Origin: Nostoc sp.
Lineage (GTDB): Bacteria > Cyanobacteriota > Cyanobacteriia > Cyanobacteriales > Nostocaceae
Assembly (NCBI GenBank): GCA_036918135.1
Contig: JBALDB010000001.1
Span: forward strand, 64,001 to 128,000
Direction: 5' to 3'
Length of the DNA: 64,000 nucleotides
Shown: positions 20,446 through 30,674 of the stretch, one piece after another
How positions within the stretch are numbered: the stretch's first letter is position 1
Layout: each line of letters opens with the position of its first letter
Notes under the pieces: model-generated
The model's input: only the letters and a program-made list of their open reading frames with translations
Told to the model about the DNA's origin: nothing
Database searches by the model: none
Program-made: the position numbers and the translations under genes

Positions 20446-21168
20446 TTAAGGCGCTAACCTTGCCCTACCTAGACGCTGCTTTTCATACCATTGAGCGATC
20501 GCAGGTGCCCAATCTGCAAAATGAGGCCACATCATTTCACACAACTTTTGAATTTCAAGTTGAGCATCTTTCTTATTTCTCAGGTCACAAAAGTGTAAGA
20601 AAGACCTTAGATTAAAACTAACTACAAAATGCTGGCGATAGTCAAAAGGTACTTTACCTCTTGCGTGTTCTTCAGACATCCCAGCCTCAAAATCAGCTTT
20701 ATAGCGTAAGACGGCGTCTTCACACCACTGCAAATCTGCTGCTCGTTGTTCTGGCGAATAGTGGTACTTTTTGCCTTGTCTATCAGTGTAATAACCAATG
20801 GGACGTAGATAAAAAACATCTTCTATGTCTTTTTTACCTTCTACTACATCAATAAATTGGTTACCTGTATATCTAAATGATTGAACATCAAATGATACGC
20901 TAACTCGATGAGTACGAGCCTGTTGCATGACACTGTGAGGAAAGTAGCCACAGTTAAAAACAATCTGAGGATGCTCTAGAGGCCCATAGTGTCCCCTCTC
21001 ACCCGCTAAAAGTCGCTTAACAATAATTTCGCCGCTTTGTGACTCCGAGGGCCAGGAGTCACGCTCGTCAAAGACGAAAGACTCGGTATAGTCTTGGTGC
21101 ATCGCAGCGTAAATCACCTGCTGCGGGTTTGGTGTTTTGGCAATAACCTCTACTCGAAATCGATGCAT
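20446..21168 (-). CDS. thyX: FAD-dependent thymidylate synthase
   Basis: GHYGPLEH, QARTHRVSVSFDVQSFRY (RHRx7S-type motif), AQLEIQ; start placed at MHRFRVEV. Confidence 0.95.
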   Translation of the reverse strand: MHRFRVEVIAKTPNPQQVIYAAMHQDYTESFVFDERDSWPSESQSGEIIVKRLLAGERGHYGPLEHPQIVFNCGYFPHSVMQQARTHRVSVSFDVQSFRYTGNQFIDVVEGKKDIEDVFYLRPIGYYTDRQGKKYHYSPEQRAADLQWCEDAVLRYKADFEAGMSEEHARGKVPFDYRQHFVVSFNLRSFLHFCDLRNKKDAQLEIQKLCEMMWPHFADWAPAIAQWYEKQRLGRARLAP

Positions 21169-21299
21169 TTGCTGTTGGGGAACGGATTTGTAACTGAAAG
21201 TGCTTACGAACAAGGAGCAAAGCTTGTTGGTTAAACACGGCTTTGAACTCGAACCATCATATCTCTGGCTTGGACTTCTACTTGACCGGATTAAAATAC

Positions 21300-21338
21300 T
21301 TTACAAATATTAATAAAGTTGTTACAGTTATTTACATA
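21300..21338 (+). promoter_or_regulatory. HLR1 (RpaB-type) direct repeats upstream of hli
   Basis: GTTACAGT-TA-TTTACATA (21321-21338) plus a weaker TTTACAAA-TA-TTAATAAA; matches (G/T)TTACA(T/A)(T/A)-N2 repeats typical of hli promoters. Confidence 0.75.
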
Positions 21339-21360
21339 ACAAAGAGATGGAGAAAATTTT

Positions 21361-21576
21361 ATGCGTGCAACCACTGCTATAGTTGACGACCAGGGCAAAC
21401 TTAACAATTTTGCGATCGAGCCAAGAGTTTATATAGATGAGCAAGGCGATCGCACAGGCTTCACTCCTTTTGCAGAACTGCTCAATGGTCGTTTAGCAAT
21501 GATTGGTTTTGTCTGTGTAATCGCATTAGAGGTACTAACAGGACACGGCGTCGTTGGTCTTTTGACAAGCTTATAA
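21361..21576 (+). CDS. hli: high-light-inducible chlorophyll a/b-binding protein (Hlip)
   Basis: GFTPFAELLNGRLAMIGF motif and a single transmembrane helix. Confidence 0.93.
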   Translation: MRATTAIVDDQGKLNNFAIEPRVYIDEQGDRTGFTPFAELLNGRLAMIGFVCVIALEVLTGHGVVGLLTSL

Positions 21577-21610
21577 AAACTGATTTTTGTAACGTAAACT
21601 TTCAACGAAC

Positions 21611-21640
21611 TTAAGAGACGGGATATCTCCCGTCTCTTAA
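21611..21640 (+). terminator. stem-loop terminator after hli
   Basis: TTAAGAGACGGGA-TATC-TCCCGTCTCTTAA perfect hairpin. Confidence 0.75.
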
Positions 21641-21719
21641 ATTTATGTAAAACTTAGTGCTAGAGTGAAAATATACTGATAGTGAAAGCCCTTATCAGCG
21701 TAAAAGTATCGGGTGAACT

Positions 21720-22301
21720 ATGGCTTTAACAGCTTCAACAATGTTGCCACTAGGCACAAAAGCACCAGATTTTGATCTACCGGAAGTGGTATCTGGAAAG
21801 GCAACCTCACTTTCCACCTTTGCCGATAAAAAAGCACTATTGGTAATGTTTATTTGTCGGCATTGCCCATTTGTCAAGCATGTGCAACAAGAATTAGCCC
21901 AGTTAGGGAGAGATTATTTTACAGGTGATTTAGCGATCGTTGCCATTAGTGCTAACGATGCAAAGAATTACCCAGATGATGCACCAGACTCATTAAAAGC
22001 ATTTGTGACAGAACAAGGGTTTACTTTTACCTTCTGCTATGACGAGAGCCAGGAAACGGCAAAAGCTTACACAGCAGCTTGCACGCCAGATTTTTTTGTA
22101 TTTGACGAACAACGCAAACTTGTTTATCGAGGGCAATTAGATGATAGTCGTCCCAGTAATGGTAAACCTGTAACGGGTGCAGATTTACGGGCAGCTATTG
22201 AAGCAGTACTGACTGGTAAACGTATTACAAGCGAGCAAAAGCCAAGTGTTGGTTGCAATATTAAATGGAAACCTGGAAACCAACCTAGTTATTTTGGTTG
22301 A
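21720..22301 (+). CDS. thioredoxin-family (AhpC/TSA-like) protein
   Basis: MFICRHCPFV, AACTPDFF, YRGQLDDSRP, PSVGCNIKW. Confidence 0.92.
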   Translation: MALTASTMLPLGTKAPDFDLPEVVSGKATSLSTFADKKALLVMFICRHCPFVKHVQQELAQLGRDYFTGDLAIVAISANDAKNYPDDAPDSLKAFVTEQGFTFTFCYDESQETAKAYTAACTPDFFVFDEQRKLVYRGQLDDSRPSNGKPVTGADLRAAIEAVLTGKRITSEQKPSVGCNIKWKPGNQPSYFG

Positions 22302-22381
22302 AAGGCATAAGCTATGAGAAGTGCTAAGTAGCTAACTGCTGAGTTGGGAGTTAGGAGTTATTCTCCTCCACTCCCTACATA

Positions 22382-22894
22382 TCAGTGTTTAATTTCCAAA
22401 TTCAGAATGTAACGTCCTAGTTGGATTTTTTCTGCCCATAATTCATATTCCAATCGTAAATGCTCTGGTAAGGGATGTCCGTTGAGAGCTAAGCTACTAG
22501 TAAAATTTCGTAAACGAATCGGATCGTTAGATTGGAATGACTCAGTTGGCAACCAATAACGACTAATACCATAAACACCCTGTTCCCAGAAGTGACGGTA
22601 ACTCACTTGAGCGCTACCTTGCATAGTCATAATTACTCGATACGGAGAAATCTCTAACCACAAAATTCTGGGACTATTAGGGGCGTAAGCTTTTCTTTGA
22701 CTTTGCGAAGAAGTATCCTCAGGACTAAGGACACTCTCTACTTCACAAGTAATTAGGGGCGGTGCGGTCAACAGTAAATGAAATCGGTCAGTGTCTTTTT
22801 GATATAATGTCCCGGCAGTTTCAACAACAGACCAGATTGGTAGGTCAGTAGAAATAATAGATAAGCACACGGGCTTGCGATGATGGGTCAGCAT
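22382..22894 (-). CDS. conserved cyanobacterial hypothetical protein
   Basis: 170 aa ORF with ATG start and protein-like composition (LWLEISPYRVIMTMQG, SYRHFWEQG). Confidence 0.75.
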   Translation of the reverse strand: MLTHHRKPVCLSIISTDLPIWSVVETAGTLYQKDTDRFHLLLTAPPLITCEVESVLSPEDTSSQSQRKAYAPNSPRILWLEISPYRVIMTMQGSAQVSYRHFWEQGVYGISRYWLPTESFQSNDPIRLRNFTSSLALNGHPLPEHLRLEYELWAEKIQLGRYILNLEIKH

Positions 22895-23633
22895 GGGAGC
22901 GATAAGGGCTAAAAGCTATTGAACAAAATGAAATGAACACTAGGAGTCTAATGGTCAGGGTAAGAAACTAAATAATAAAACAGGCTTAATATTAACTGAA
23001 TTTGCTGGTTGGCTAAGTTACACAAATTGGGATAAAAACAGGTAATACGTAAGCTGAGACAGCAAAAACAGCAGTTTTTCTAGAGAGAGCTAATTTCTAA
23101 TTAAAGCTTGTAAATATTCTAAAGCTATAGACCGAAAACAGTGGGAGTCTTTAGTAGATGCTAAAAAACCTTCTTGGGAGACTTACCGTAAATTTGAGTA
23201 AGTTTCATACAAGAAAAAGCTTAGGATACTAAGTAAAGAAGTAACCAGCAGTGACAAATCAACTCGCCGATCGACTTCTGGTGTATTCAAAAGCCAGTGT
23301 ATCCTACTGTTGGCTTTTGTTATAACCGTAGAAATTCCAGATGACTAATGAGTGTTGACTGTCAACAGTGGAATATTTTTTTATTTGTCAGTCCCTTGGT
23401 GTTAAATCGTTCGGAGTTGAATAGCCAAAATACGCCAGGGGTAATGCTGATATTGTTATTAACCCTGTAGTTAAAGAAAGTTTCTAAATGATAAGGAGTC
23501 GTGTCTTGCGGACGAATAGCAATTCCCCCTGTAGACTGTCGGTATAAGCGGCTGTCTGAAAATCACTGCGGCTGCATTTCTTTTACCAAACATCGTCTCT
23601 AACATGCAACCCGGCTGACCAGCTACTAAAGGT

Positions 23634-23649
23634 TGTAGAAGTATCTACA
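23634..23649. promoter_or_regulatory. NtcA-type box TGTA-N8-TACA
   Basis: TGTAGAAGTATCTACA in the 1 kb spacer upstream of 22382-22894; no canonical -10 seen 22 nt away. Confidence 0.45.
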
Positions 23650-23939
23650 TTTGACAAATTACCGAAAAGCAAAGCACCCGATACTGAGAAGATATTTTAA
23701 AAGTAGGCGGATATTACAAGAAAGCTCACAAGGCGGATGCTGAAATTTGTAGAAACCAGCACTTTATGAGTGAATGACGCGCTTTTGACCTTTGAAACAT
23801 CCTCTTAGACATCAATGGTATGTCGTAGATTTCAGTATTTGTAATTTCTCATGTGGATTTCGGCAAAATCAATGTTTTTTACGACAGCGGAATAATATTA
23901 ATTTATAGAGCAGGAGTTGCAAATCAGAATAGCTTTGGA

Positions 23940-24230
23940 CTATTCAGGGTTGAGGATTTTTGGTACTTTGAAAAATTCACCCTCTTGTTCAGGGGCACCA
24001 TTGAGGATGCTTTCGCGGTCAGGATAAGGTTGCAACTCATCTTGGCGTGTGACATTACTAACATCTATTGCTCGTGTTGTTGGAGACACCTTATTAACAT
24101 CAAGTTCGTTGAGTTGTTCAATATAATCGAGAATACTTCCCAATTGAGTGGTAAATTGTTCTTCTTCTTCTGGGGTTAACTCTAAGCGAGCAAGATTAGC
24201 TACTTTGTGTACTTGTTCTTGGTCAATCAT
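23940..24230 (-). CDS. gatC: Asp/Glu-tRNA amidotransferase subunit C
   Basis: [32 protein letters not shown]. Confidence 0.96.
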   Translation of the reverse strand: MIDQEQVHKVANLARLELTPEEEEQFTTQLGSILDYIEQLNELDVNKVSPTTRAIDVSNVTRQDELQPYPDRESILNGAPEQEGEFFKVPKILNPE

Positions 24231-24240
24231 ATTTTTTTAA

Positions 24241-24326
24241 TTAGGAGTTAGGAGTTAGGAGTCAGGAGTCAGGAGTCAATAGTCATAATTTATAACTCTT
24301 AACTCCTCATTCCTCACTTTTAACTC
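24241..24326. repeat. STRR heptamer array (TTAGGAG/TCAGGAG) with inverted counterpart
   Basis: ttaggag x3, tcaggag x2, then taactct/taactcc copies on the opposite strand. Confidence 0.8.
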
Positions 24327-24330
24327 ACTT

Positions 24331-24852
24331 TTAGAAGAATACGTCAATTTGCGATCGCCCTGTAGTTTTCAACCAGTTTTGAGCTTCAATATAGTTATTG
24401 GGAGCCATGCGAATAGCTCGAATCCAATAGTCTGCGGCTTGGTCAAACAGTGCTTCGCCAGCGTCGTTATCTCCAGTTTCTTTTGCTTTTTCGCCTTGGT
24501 AGTGATAAATCACGGCGATGTTGTTCAAGGCTTGGGGTAAGCGTGGGTTTAACTCAATTGCTTGGTGATACAATTCTAAAGCCTTGTCGTGGTCGCCGTT
24601 GCTGGCGTAAATTAGCCCCATATTGTAGAGAATGTAGCCGCGATCGTTGGGGTCTTCTTCTAGTGTTAAAGCTTCTTCATAGTATTCCAATGCTTCGGCA
24701 TATTCTCCTTCTGCTTGGGCCGACATGCCATCTCGATAATACACAAAGGCTTCTTTAGCTTTTTTGTTGGCTGGCAGGATCTTCAGTATGATATCTGCCA
24801 TCACTGTAAAGGATTTGTCAATAAAATTATCGTTTTTTTGCGTTCTTGGCAT
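24331..24852 (-). CDS. ycf3: photosystem I assembly TPR protein Ycf3
   Basis: [51 protein letters not shown]. Confidence 0.98.
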   Translation of the reverse strand: MPRTQKNDNFIDKSFTVMADIILKILPANKKAKEAFVYYRDGMSAQAEGEYAEALEYYEEALTLEEDPNDRGYILYNMGLIYASNGDHDKALELYHQAIELNPRLPQALNNIAVIYHYQGEKAKETGDNDAGEALFDQAADYWIRAIRMAPNNYIEAQNWLKTTGRSQIDVFF

Positions 24853-24945
24853 AGTTGTCTCAGGGTACTGGGTGTTGGGGACTGGGTATTAGGAAAACTC
24901 TTCTCTAGTCCATAGTATACAGTCCTAATCCCCAATCCCTTATCT

Positions 24946-25623
24946 CTAGTCCCCACTAATCGACCTGATACATTCTGGACTATTATGCCGAGAGTTGTTG
25001 ACTAAGGTGCTAACTGGATAGGCTGTCATGGCTGGGGCTGGATAGGGATGCAATAGCTGTTGTAGGGTTTGGGGCGTTTGCTGTTGGGAATCTAGCCATA
25101 ACTCGTAATCTTGCGGCTCTAGAATTACTGGCATCCGTTCGTGGATAGGTTGGAGTAATTCATTGGCTGCTGTTGTCAAAATTGTACAAGAAATTATTTC
25201 TTCGTTGGCAGGCGAGTGCCATCTCTCCCACAAACCTGCAAAAGCAAACGGTTGCCCATCTTGGAGACGAAAATAAAATGGCTGCTTTTTGCCTTGTTGA
25301 CGTTGCCATTCATAAAAGCCATCAGCTAGAACTAAACAGCGTCGATGCTTAAAGGCTGACCGAAAAGCAGGTTTTTCGGCAACAGTTTCCGCTCTGGCAT
25401 TAATCAATTTTGCCCCCATTCCTGGATCTTTTGCCCATGAGGGAATTAATCCCCAATGCAACTGCTGAAATTCACGCTTTTTGCTTTCTGGATTTTGTAA
25501 CACTGTTGCCACTATCTGCGTAGGTGCGATGTTATATCCGGTTGCTAAATCAGGAAGTTGTTGAACATCAAAAACTTTAGCTAAAGCTTCTGCTGATTGG
25601 TTTAGAGTAAATCTTCCACACAT
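24946..25623 (-). CDS. SOS response-associated peptidase (SRAP/YedK/HMCES family)
   Basis: MCGRF N-terminus with catalytic Cys2, NARAET, GFYEW, IHERMPVIL. Confidence 0.93.
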   Translation of the reverse strand: MCGRFTLNQSAEALAKVFDVQQLPDLATGYNIAPTQIVATVLQNPESKKREFQQLHWGLIPSWAKDPGMGAKLINARAETVAEKPAFRSAFKHRRCLVLADGFYEWQRQQGKKQPFYFRLQDGQPFAFAGLWERWHSPANEEIISCTILTTAANELLQPIHERMPVILEPQDYELWLDSQQQTPQTLQQLLHPYPAPAMTAYPVSTLVNNSRHNSPECIRSISGD

Positions 25624-25820
25624 ACTTTTATTCTCTAGGGTTGAATAAATTAAACATCTTAGTCTCGAAATCAATAATACTTTTTTTATTTTTAGAGATA
25701 ATTTTATCTACTACTAAGAAGTTAAATATAAAAAAAATTATCCGGTTTTATGAAAATATTTTGGTAAAATATTTTATTTTGAACCCAAAGTTCTCAACAT
25801 ATTCCTTACTGTATTTTAAC

Positions 25821-26453
25821 ATGGAACTACTGCGTTTGTACGATTTTTTACCTTCTGGGAATAGCTATAAGATACGTCTTTTATTAACACAACTAGGTAT
25901 GCCTTTTGAAACGGTAGAGGTTAATATCTTGAAAGGCGAGACTCGAACACCAGAATTTTTAAGTAAAAATCCTAACGGCAAGATTCCTGTTTTGGAAATC
26001 GAGCCAGGAAAATATTTGGCAGAATCAAATGCTATATTGGTTTATCTAAGTGAAGGTACAGAATTTTTACCTTACGATCGCTTTTTGCGATCGCAAGTCC
26101 TGCAATGGTTATTTTTTGAGCAGTATAGCCATGAACCTTTTATTGCCACATCAAGATTTTGGATCTCTATTTTAGGTAAAGCTGAAGAATATAGTGAAGC
26201 ATTAAAGCAAAAACGCGAACCAGGTTATGCAGCATTTAACTTGATGGAAAAACACTTAACTGCTCAAACTTTTTTTGTAGGAGAGCGTTACACGATTGCT
26301 GATATTGCCTTGTTTGCCTATACTCATGTAGCTGATGAAGGTGGATTTGATTTAACACGATTTCCTGCTATCCAAGCTTGGATAGAAAGAGTCAAAGCGC
26401 AGTCCAGGTATATTAGTATCAAAGATGTACACAAAGATCTACAATATTATTAA
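25821..26453 (+). CDS. glutathione S-transferase family protein
   Basis: NPNGKIPVL, ESNAILVYL, YTIADIAL; start placed at MELLRLYD. Confidence 0.93.
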   Translation: MELLRLYDFLPSGNSYKIRLLLTQLGMPFETVEVNILKGETRTPEFLSKNPNGKIPVLEIEPGKYLAESNAILVYLSEGTEFLPYDRFLRSQVLQWLFFEQYSHEPFIATSRFWISILGKAEEYSEALKQKREPGYAAFNLMEKHLTAQTFFVGERYTIADIALFAYTHVADEGGFDLTRFPAIQAWIERVKAQSRYISIKDVHKDLQYY

Positions 26454-26561
26454 AAATTCCGTTTTGCTAGTTTATGCCTCTCAATTGTTAGTCGCACGTG
26501 ATACAGAGCATTAGATCGAGTCTTACCAAGCAGCGAACCGATAAAGATAAAATAATCAACA

Positions 26562-26789
26562 CTAGATAAGTGTGTCAATTTCAATCAGCTTTTGCCGAGA
26601 GGACAAACCAGACTTAATTGTGATATCAGATTTAGCTACACCAAATTTCTCTGCAAGAAGCTTAATTAACTCTTCATTGGCCTTCCCATCAACTGGGGGC
26701 GATTTTAAATATACAATCAAGCTACCATCAGGTTGCTCTGTGATTTTTTGCTGTTTGGAGTTAGGTTTAACTTTGACTTTTTTTTGCAT
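26562..26789 (-). CDS. DUF167 (YggU) family protein
   Basis: [29 protein letters not shown]. Confidence 0.9.
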   Translation of the reverse strand: MQKKVKVKPNSKQQKITEQPDGSLIVYLKSPPVDGKANEELIKLLAEKFGVAKSDITIKSGLSSRQKLIEIDTLI

Positions 26790-27183
26790 AACCAATTTTT
26801 AGTAATTGTTGCAGCCATAACCAACCTAAAACACAACCTAATAGGTAATGAGGAAAATCCCACCAAACAAAGGTAGTACCAAGTAATAATTTGCCTATGA
26901 AGGTGGCGCGAATCTCATCTAATAGTGGCGGATGCCAAAGTTGCAAGAATTCTATTATACAGGTGACGATAAAAACCCATATTGGGATTTGGACTACTGC
27001 CGCTCGACTTCTAAAAAACCAAAATGCAAACAGACACCAAAATATTTCATAAAGTATATCTCCTCCGTAGTCATTAAACCACTTATAGCCAGAGCCAGTG
27101 TAATACTTAAAGAAAAAGCCCATCGGTACAACGATGAGCATAGAAAGAATAATATATATTGTTTGGTTTCGGTTTCGGCGCAT
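26767..27183 (-). CDS. DUF2809-like membrane protein
   Basis: [23 protein letters not shown]. Confidence 0.8.
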   Translation of the reverse strand: MRRNRNQTIYIILSMLIVVPMGFFFKYYTGSGYKWFNDYGGDILYEIFWCLFAFWFFRSRAAVVQIPIWVFIVTCIIEFLQLWHPPLLDEIRATFIGKLLLGTTFVWWDFPHYLLGCVLGWLWLQQLLKIGYAKKSQS

Positions 27184-27360
27184 TTTCTGAAAGCTTAGAG
27201 ACTAAGCAAAATTTTAGCCTCTGCAATGAAAATTGGGCACTGGGGACTAGGGATTTGGAATTGAGGGTGCTAAGTGACGAGTTAAGAATTAAGAATTTAT
27301 TTTTTGTCCCCTTGTCCTCTTTTCACCTCATCTTGCCCAATGCCCAGTTCCAGTTCCGAT

Positions 27361-27912
27361 TTATGGATATCTTCGACTACCAGCACCGACTACACCAATT
27401 TTATGGCGATAGGAGAGTTCGGCACCGAACCAACCGGAAGCGCTAGTCAGCGTACCAACAATCAGCGAGATAACCAATCCCCAAGGTAATATTCCAGATT
27501 CAGGATCGCCTAAGCGTAGGAGGAAGTTGATGAGTGTTAAAACCAGGATAGAAACGTTAAGTATCAAATGTGCCCAACCAGCGCTCCGCTTGCGGACTCG
27601 TTCGATTTTAAAAAAGTCACTCAGACCGATCGCAGCTGCAAGAACGCCTCCCCCTAGTCCAAGTCCGATTAACCATAGCGAAGCCCTAGCCCAGAAAAAA
27701 TCATGGGTTAACCAGTAACCGAAATCACTTCCCAAGGCTGCGGCTAAAAAGGCGATGGGAAATATTACACTCAAGGGGTGGAGTGGATGTCCGGCGATCG
27801 CAACTGTGCTAGGTACACCGGTATCAACATACTCACTATCGTTACTTTCAATAATTGGTGGAATATTTGGAAAAGGTGTTGAATTTGTTTGGGTTGTTTC
27901 TGTAGTTTCCAT
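27361..27912 (-). CDS. DUF2231 membrane protein
   Basis: GHPLHPLSVIFPI, AH..LN, GWFGAELSYRH. Confidence 0.88.
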   Translation of the reverse strand: METTETTQTNSTPFPNIPPIIESNDSEYVDTGVPSTVAIAGHPLHPLSVIFPIAFLAAALGSDFGYWLTHDFFWARASLWLIGLGLGGGVLAAAIGLSDFFKIERVRKRSAGWAHLILNVSILVLTLINFLLRLGDPESGILPWGLVISLIVGTLTSASGWFGAELSYRHKIGVVGAGSRRYP

Positions 27913-27942
27913 TACCAGTATCCTGAATTTATTATCAGTTTT

Positions 27943-28683
27943 TTAAGCAGAAGGAATTTGTTCTACATAAGCTTGAGCTTCCATTGTTAGTTTACCAACT
28001 TCTACTTTTAGTTGATTAACTTGTAAGCTTATTCCTTCTAAATCAAAGTTACTCAAATTCAAGATTTCGCTGGTTTGGTCTATCAAAGCTTTTGTTAAAT
28101 CCGGTGATATCTCCTCACTTTCGTTATACTCCACGTTTTTCAGTGAAACACTTTTTCCATTAGTATCAATACAAGGTACTGCTGAAAAGCCAACTTGTTG
28201 ATTTTCTCCTGTTTCTACTAATTTTACACTGGCGTTTATTGCGACTTTTCCCTCACCAGGTAATTGAAAGTCTACATGTTGCAGTTCAATAGTCCTCTGT
28301 TCGCCGTTAATATGTATTTTTTGATTTTGTAGTTGCGCTCGCACATATTCAGAGTTGAAGGCGCGATTGATATCAGCTTCAGTTAAAACAACTAGTGTTT
28401 TAGCTTCAGTAGGTTTTGTGAGTTCAATTTTGCCAAGAGCCACGCTCAGAGGATTAATGGCAACACTACTCATTTGCATTTCCAATTTCTCCATCCGAAG
28501 GTCTTTCTGGATTACTAAACCTTCGCCTTCAATTTTGACTGCATCTACCTCTCCCTGAAGCACTTTGAGCGGATCGGTTTTGATATCTACATCTAAATTT
28601 TCTGCTTCATCTAACTGGCTAGATATAGCTATTTCTGCCCCTTTATTTAGCGCTTGTTCTCCTAACCCAGGATTGTCTGACAT
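27943..28683 (-). CDS. DUF2993 (LmeA-like) protein
   Basis: DPLKVLQGEVDAVKIEGEGL, VVLTEADINRAFNS; start placed at MSDNPG. Confidence 0.8.
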   Translation of the reverse strand: MSDNPGLGEQALNKGAEIAISSQLDEAENLDVDIKTDPLKVLQGEVDAVKIEGEGLVIQKDLRMEKLEMQMSSVAINPLSVALGKIELTKPTEAKTLVVLTEADINRAFNSEYVRAQLQNQKIHINGEQRTIELQHVDFQLPGEGKVAINASVKLVETGENQQVGFSAVPCIDTNGKSVSLKNVEYNESEEISPDLTKALIDQTSEILNLSNFDLEGISLQVNQLKVEVGKLTMEAQAYVEQIPSA

Positions 28684-28979
28684 TATTAAATTAACTCCTA
28701 CTTTGGAAATATTATATCCTTGAGTCAATTTAATAAACTACCATTATAATTTTATCTATCTGCCGATGTAGTAAATTTATAAATATTGTCTATCTAAAAG
28801 TAGAATCATAGAAATTAGAATATTTTTTAATTTTCTAATCTTAATTTTCAATCAAATCACTCAAAATAAAGATAAAATAAATAATAAACTTTATTTAAAA
28901 TAATACTATTTAAATAGAAAAATAAATTTAGATTTTTTGAAAAAAGCTCGTGCTATTGTTTTTAAGGCAATTTTTAAAT

Positions 28980-29004
28980 ATAATTGATAATAATTATCAA
29001 TTAT
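28980..29004. promoter_or_regulatory. perfect 7-1-7 Fur-family box (Zur-type TGATAATnATTATCA) within an 11-3-11 palindrome
   Basis: ATAATTGATAATAATTATCAATTAT; core TGATAAT-A-ATTATCA at 28985-28999. Confidence 0.75.
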
Positions 29005-29300
29005 TAGTTTCTATAATAAGTTTTTCTAAAGTGCAAAAATTCAGGTAGTATATATTGAAGATTATTGGAACGGATATTGAGTAATTCAATCGTCTCTAGG
29101 GGCAACTAAAGATTGCTTATTTTTACTGTAGATTAACTATTATACTAATTAAACACTATTAGCAATATATTCTTCCATTTTTGATACTGTAGAAGATATT
29201 TAGTTGCAAACCAAGAATTTTGTCTGGCAATTCTATTTTGCCTGTGGAGTAACTCCAAATAATATTTGTACAACTAATTTAAATTTAGTTTTAACTCATA

Positions 29301-30419
29301 ATGCACGTAGTAGCGTATACTGACTCTGCTGGTATTGGCGGCGCAGAAATCAGTCTCAAGCACTTGATAACAAATGTATCTAGTACTATTGATGTGACAG
29401 TAGTGGGTATTAGTCAGATAGTAGTAGATGCGATCGCTGCCGAAAGACCGCAAGCAAAACGAGTAGTATTACCTACAACAGGAATTTTCTCTGTAATCGC
29501 CCACCTTCAGGCACTTCATCAGTTGCGTCCCGATATTGTACACATTAATACTTGCACACCTTGGGAATGTACTGCGGGTTTATTTGCGGCACTGACTTTA
29601 CCTAATGCGCGTGTAGTGCGGGTTGACCAGCTACCATTACGCACTACTGATGCTCTGAAGCTGTGGCGTACCAGAGCGCTATTACTACGAGTCGATGCTC
29701 ATGTAGCAGTTGGCGAAGCAAGTGCCAGACGAATGGAAGATTTTTATGCATTGGGTCGGGATAAAGTTATTTCTATTCCTAATTGTGTGCCGGATAATTT
29801 TACCCCCAACTCCCGTTTACAAGTAAGTAGCAATACCCTTGACAAGGAGAAGTCTTTAGTAATAGGCAGTGTTGGTAGACTTGATGCCATGAAAGGTCAC
29901 GATATACTACTGAGAGCCTTAGCCCAAGTGGAATTAGTGAGCCTTACGATCTTGGGTGAGGGGGGACAACGTGCAGCACTAGAGAAATTAGCTGCTTCCT
30001 TAGGAGTAAGCGATCGCATTTATCTTCCTGGATGGGTAGATAACCCTAGTACTTACATACCAAAATTTGATATTTTTGCAATGCCTTCTCGGTCTGAAGG
30101 CTTTCCCCTAGCGGTTATTGAGGCTATGCTTGCAGGGCTTCCTATAGTTGCTACTCGTGTAGGGAGTATTCCTGAAGCCATAACAGACGGCGAAACTGGC
30201 TTGCTGGTAAATAAGGATGATGTGAACGGACTAGCTGCTGCACTGCGGCAGTTAAGAGATAACGCCCAACTGCGTCTACACCTTGGTATACAAGCTAGAG
30301 AAGTAGCACAGCGGAACTTTACAGTAGAAAAAATGGTGAAGCGTTATGAGGATTTGTGGCAAGAATTGCTATCTAAGCCGCAAGTTCCCCGATTTTTAGT
30401 TCCACAACCCAAGGAGTAA
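29301..30419 (+). CDS. glycosyltransferase family 4
   Basis: IGGAE, VGRLDAMKGH, SRSEGFPLAVIEAM (Ex7E). Confidence 0.92.
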   Translation: MHVVAYTDSAGIGGAEISLKHLITNVSSTIDVTVVGISQIVVDAIAAERPQAKRVVLPTTGIFSVIAHLQALHQLRPDIVHINTCTPWECTAGLFAALTLPNARVVRVDQLPLRTTDALKLWRTRALLLRVDAHVAVGEASARRMEDFYALGRDKVISIPNCVPDNFTPNSRLQVSSNTLDKEKSLVIGSVGRLDAMKGHDILLRALAQVELVSLTILGEGGQRAALEKLAASLGVSDRIYLPGWVDNPSTYIPKFDIFAMPSRSEGFPLAVIEAMLAGLPIVATRVGSIPEAITDGETGLLVNKDDVNGLAAALRQLRDNAQLRLHLGIQAREVAQRNFTVEKMVKRYEDLWQELLSKPQVPRFLVPQPKE

Positions 30420-30529
30420 GTAAATCGGTGTGAATATTTATCGTTGGGATGAGGCAGGAGGCATGAGGGAAGAGGATTTAAGTATATTTAATTTTTCTTA
30501 ACATAGTTTTTTTCACACCGTTCTACTTA
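30417..30529. mobile_element. MITE-like element with ~18 bp terminal inverted repeats, overlapping the GT4 stop codon
   Basis: TAAGTAAATCGGTGTGAA ... TTCACACCGTTCTACTTA; a related end (TAAGTAGGTAGGCGTAAA) lies near 10537. Confidence 0.65.
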
Positions 30530-30674
30530 GACAAAGTGAAGCTTAAAAATGGGGCAATGTGCATTTGCATAATACATCATAAAATATAAGTAAAAAATTT
30601 TAGTCAATTGCCTAATGAATTTAAATTTATAACTAAGTAAATTTAAGTAAGTTGCGCTTGAAGACTTAACAAGC

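Noticed and set aside
25641..25820. N-terminal extensions given by the ORF track for GST (and likewise SRAP, pgl, thyX, AraC, GT4 47650 and the DUF11 subunit)
   Set aside because: The extensions are AT-rich promoter sequence from alternative start codons; family N-termini indicate the downstream ATGs
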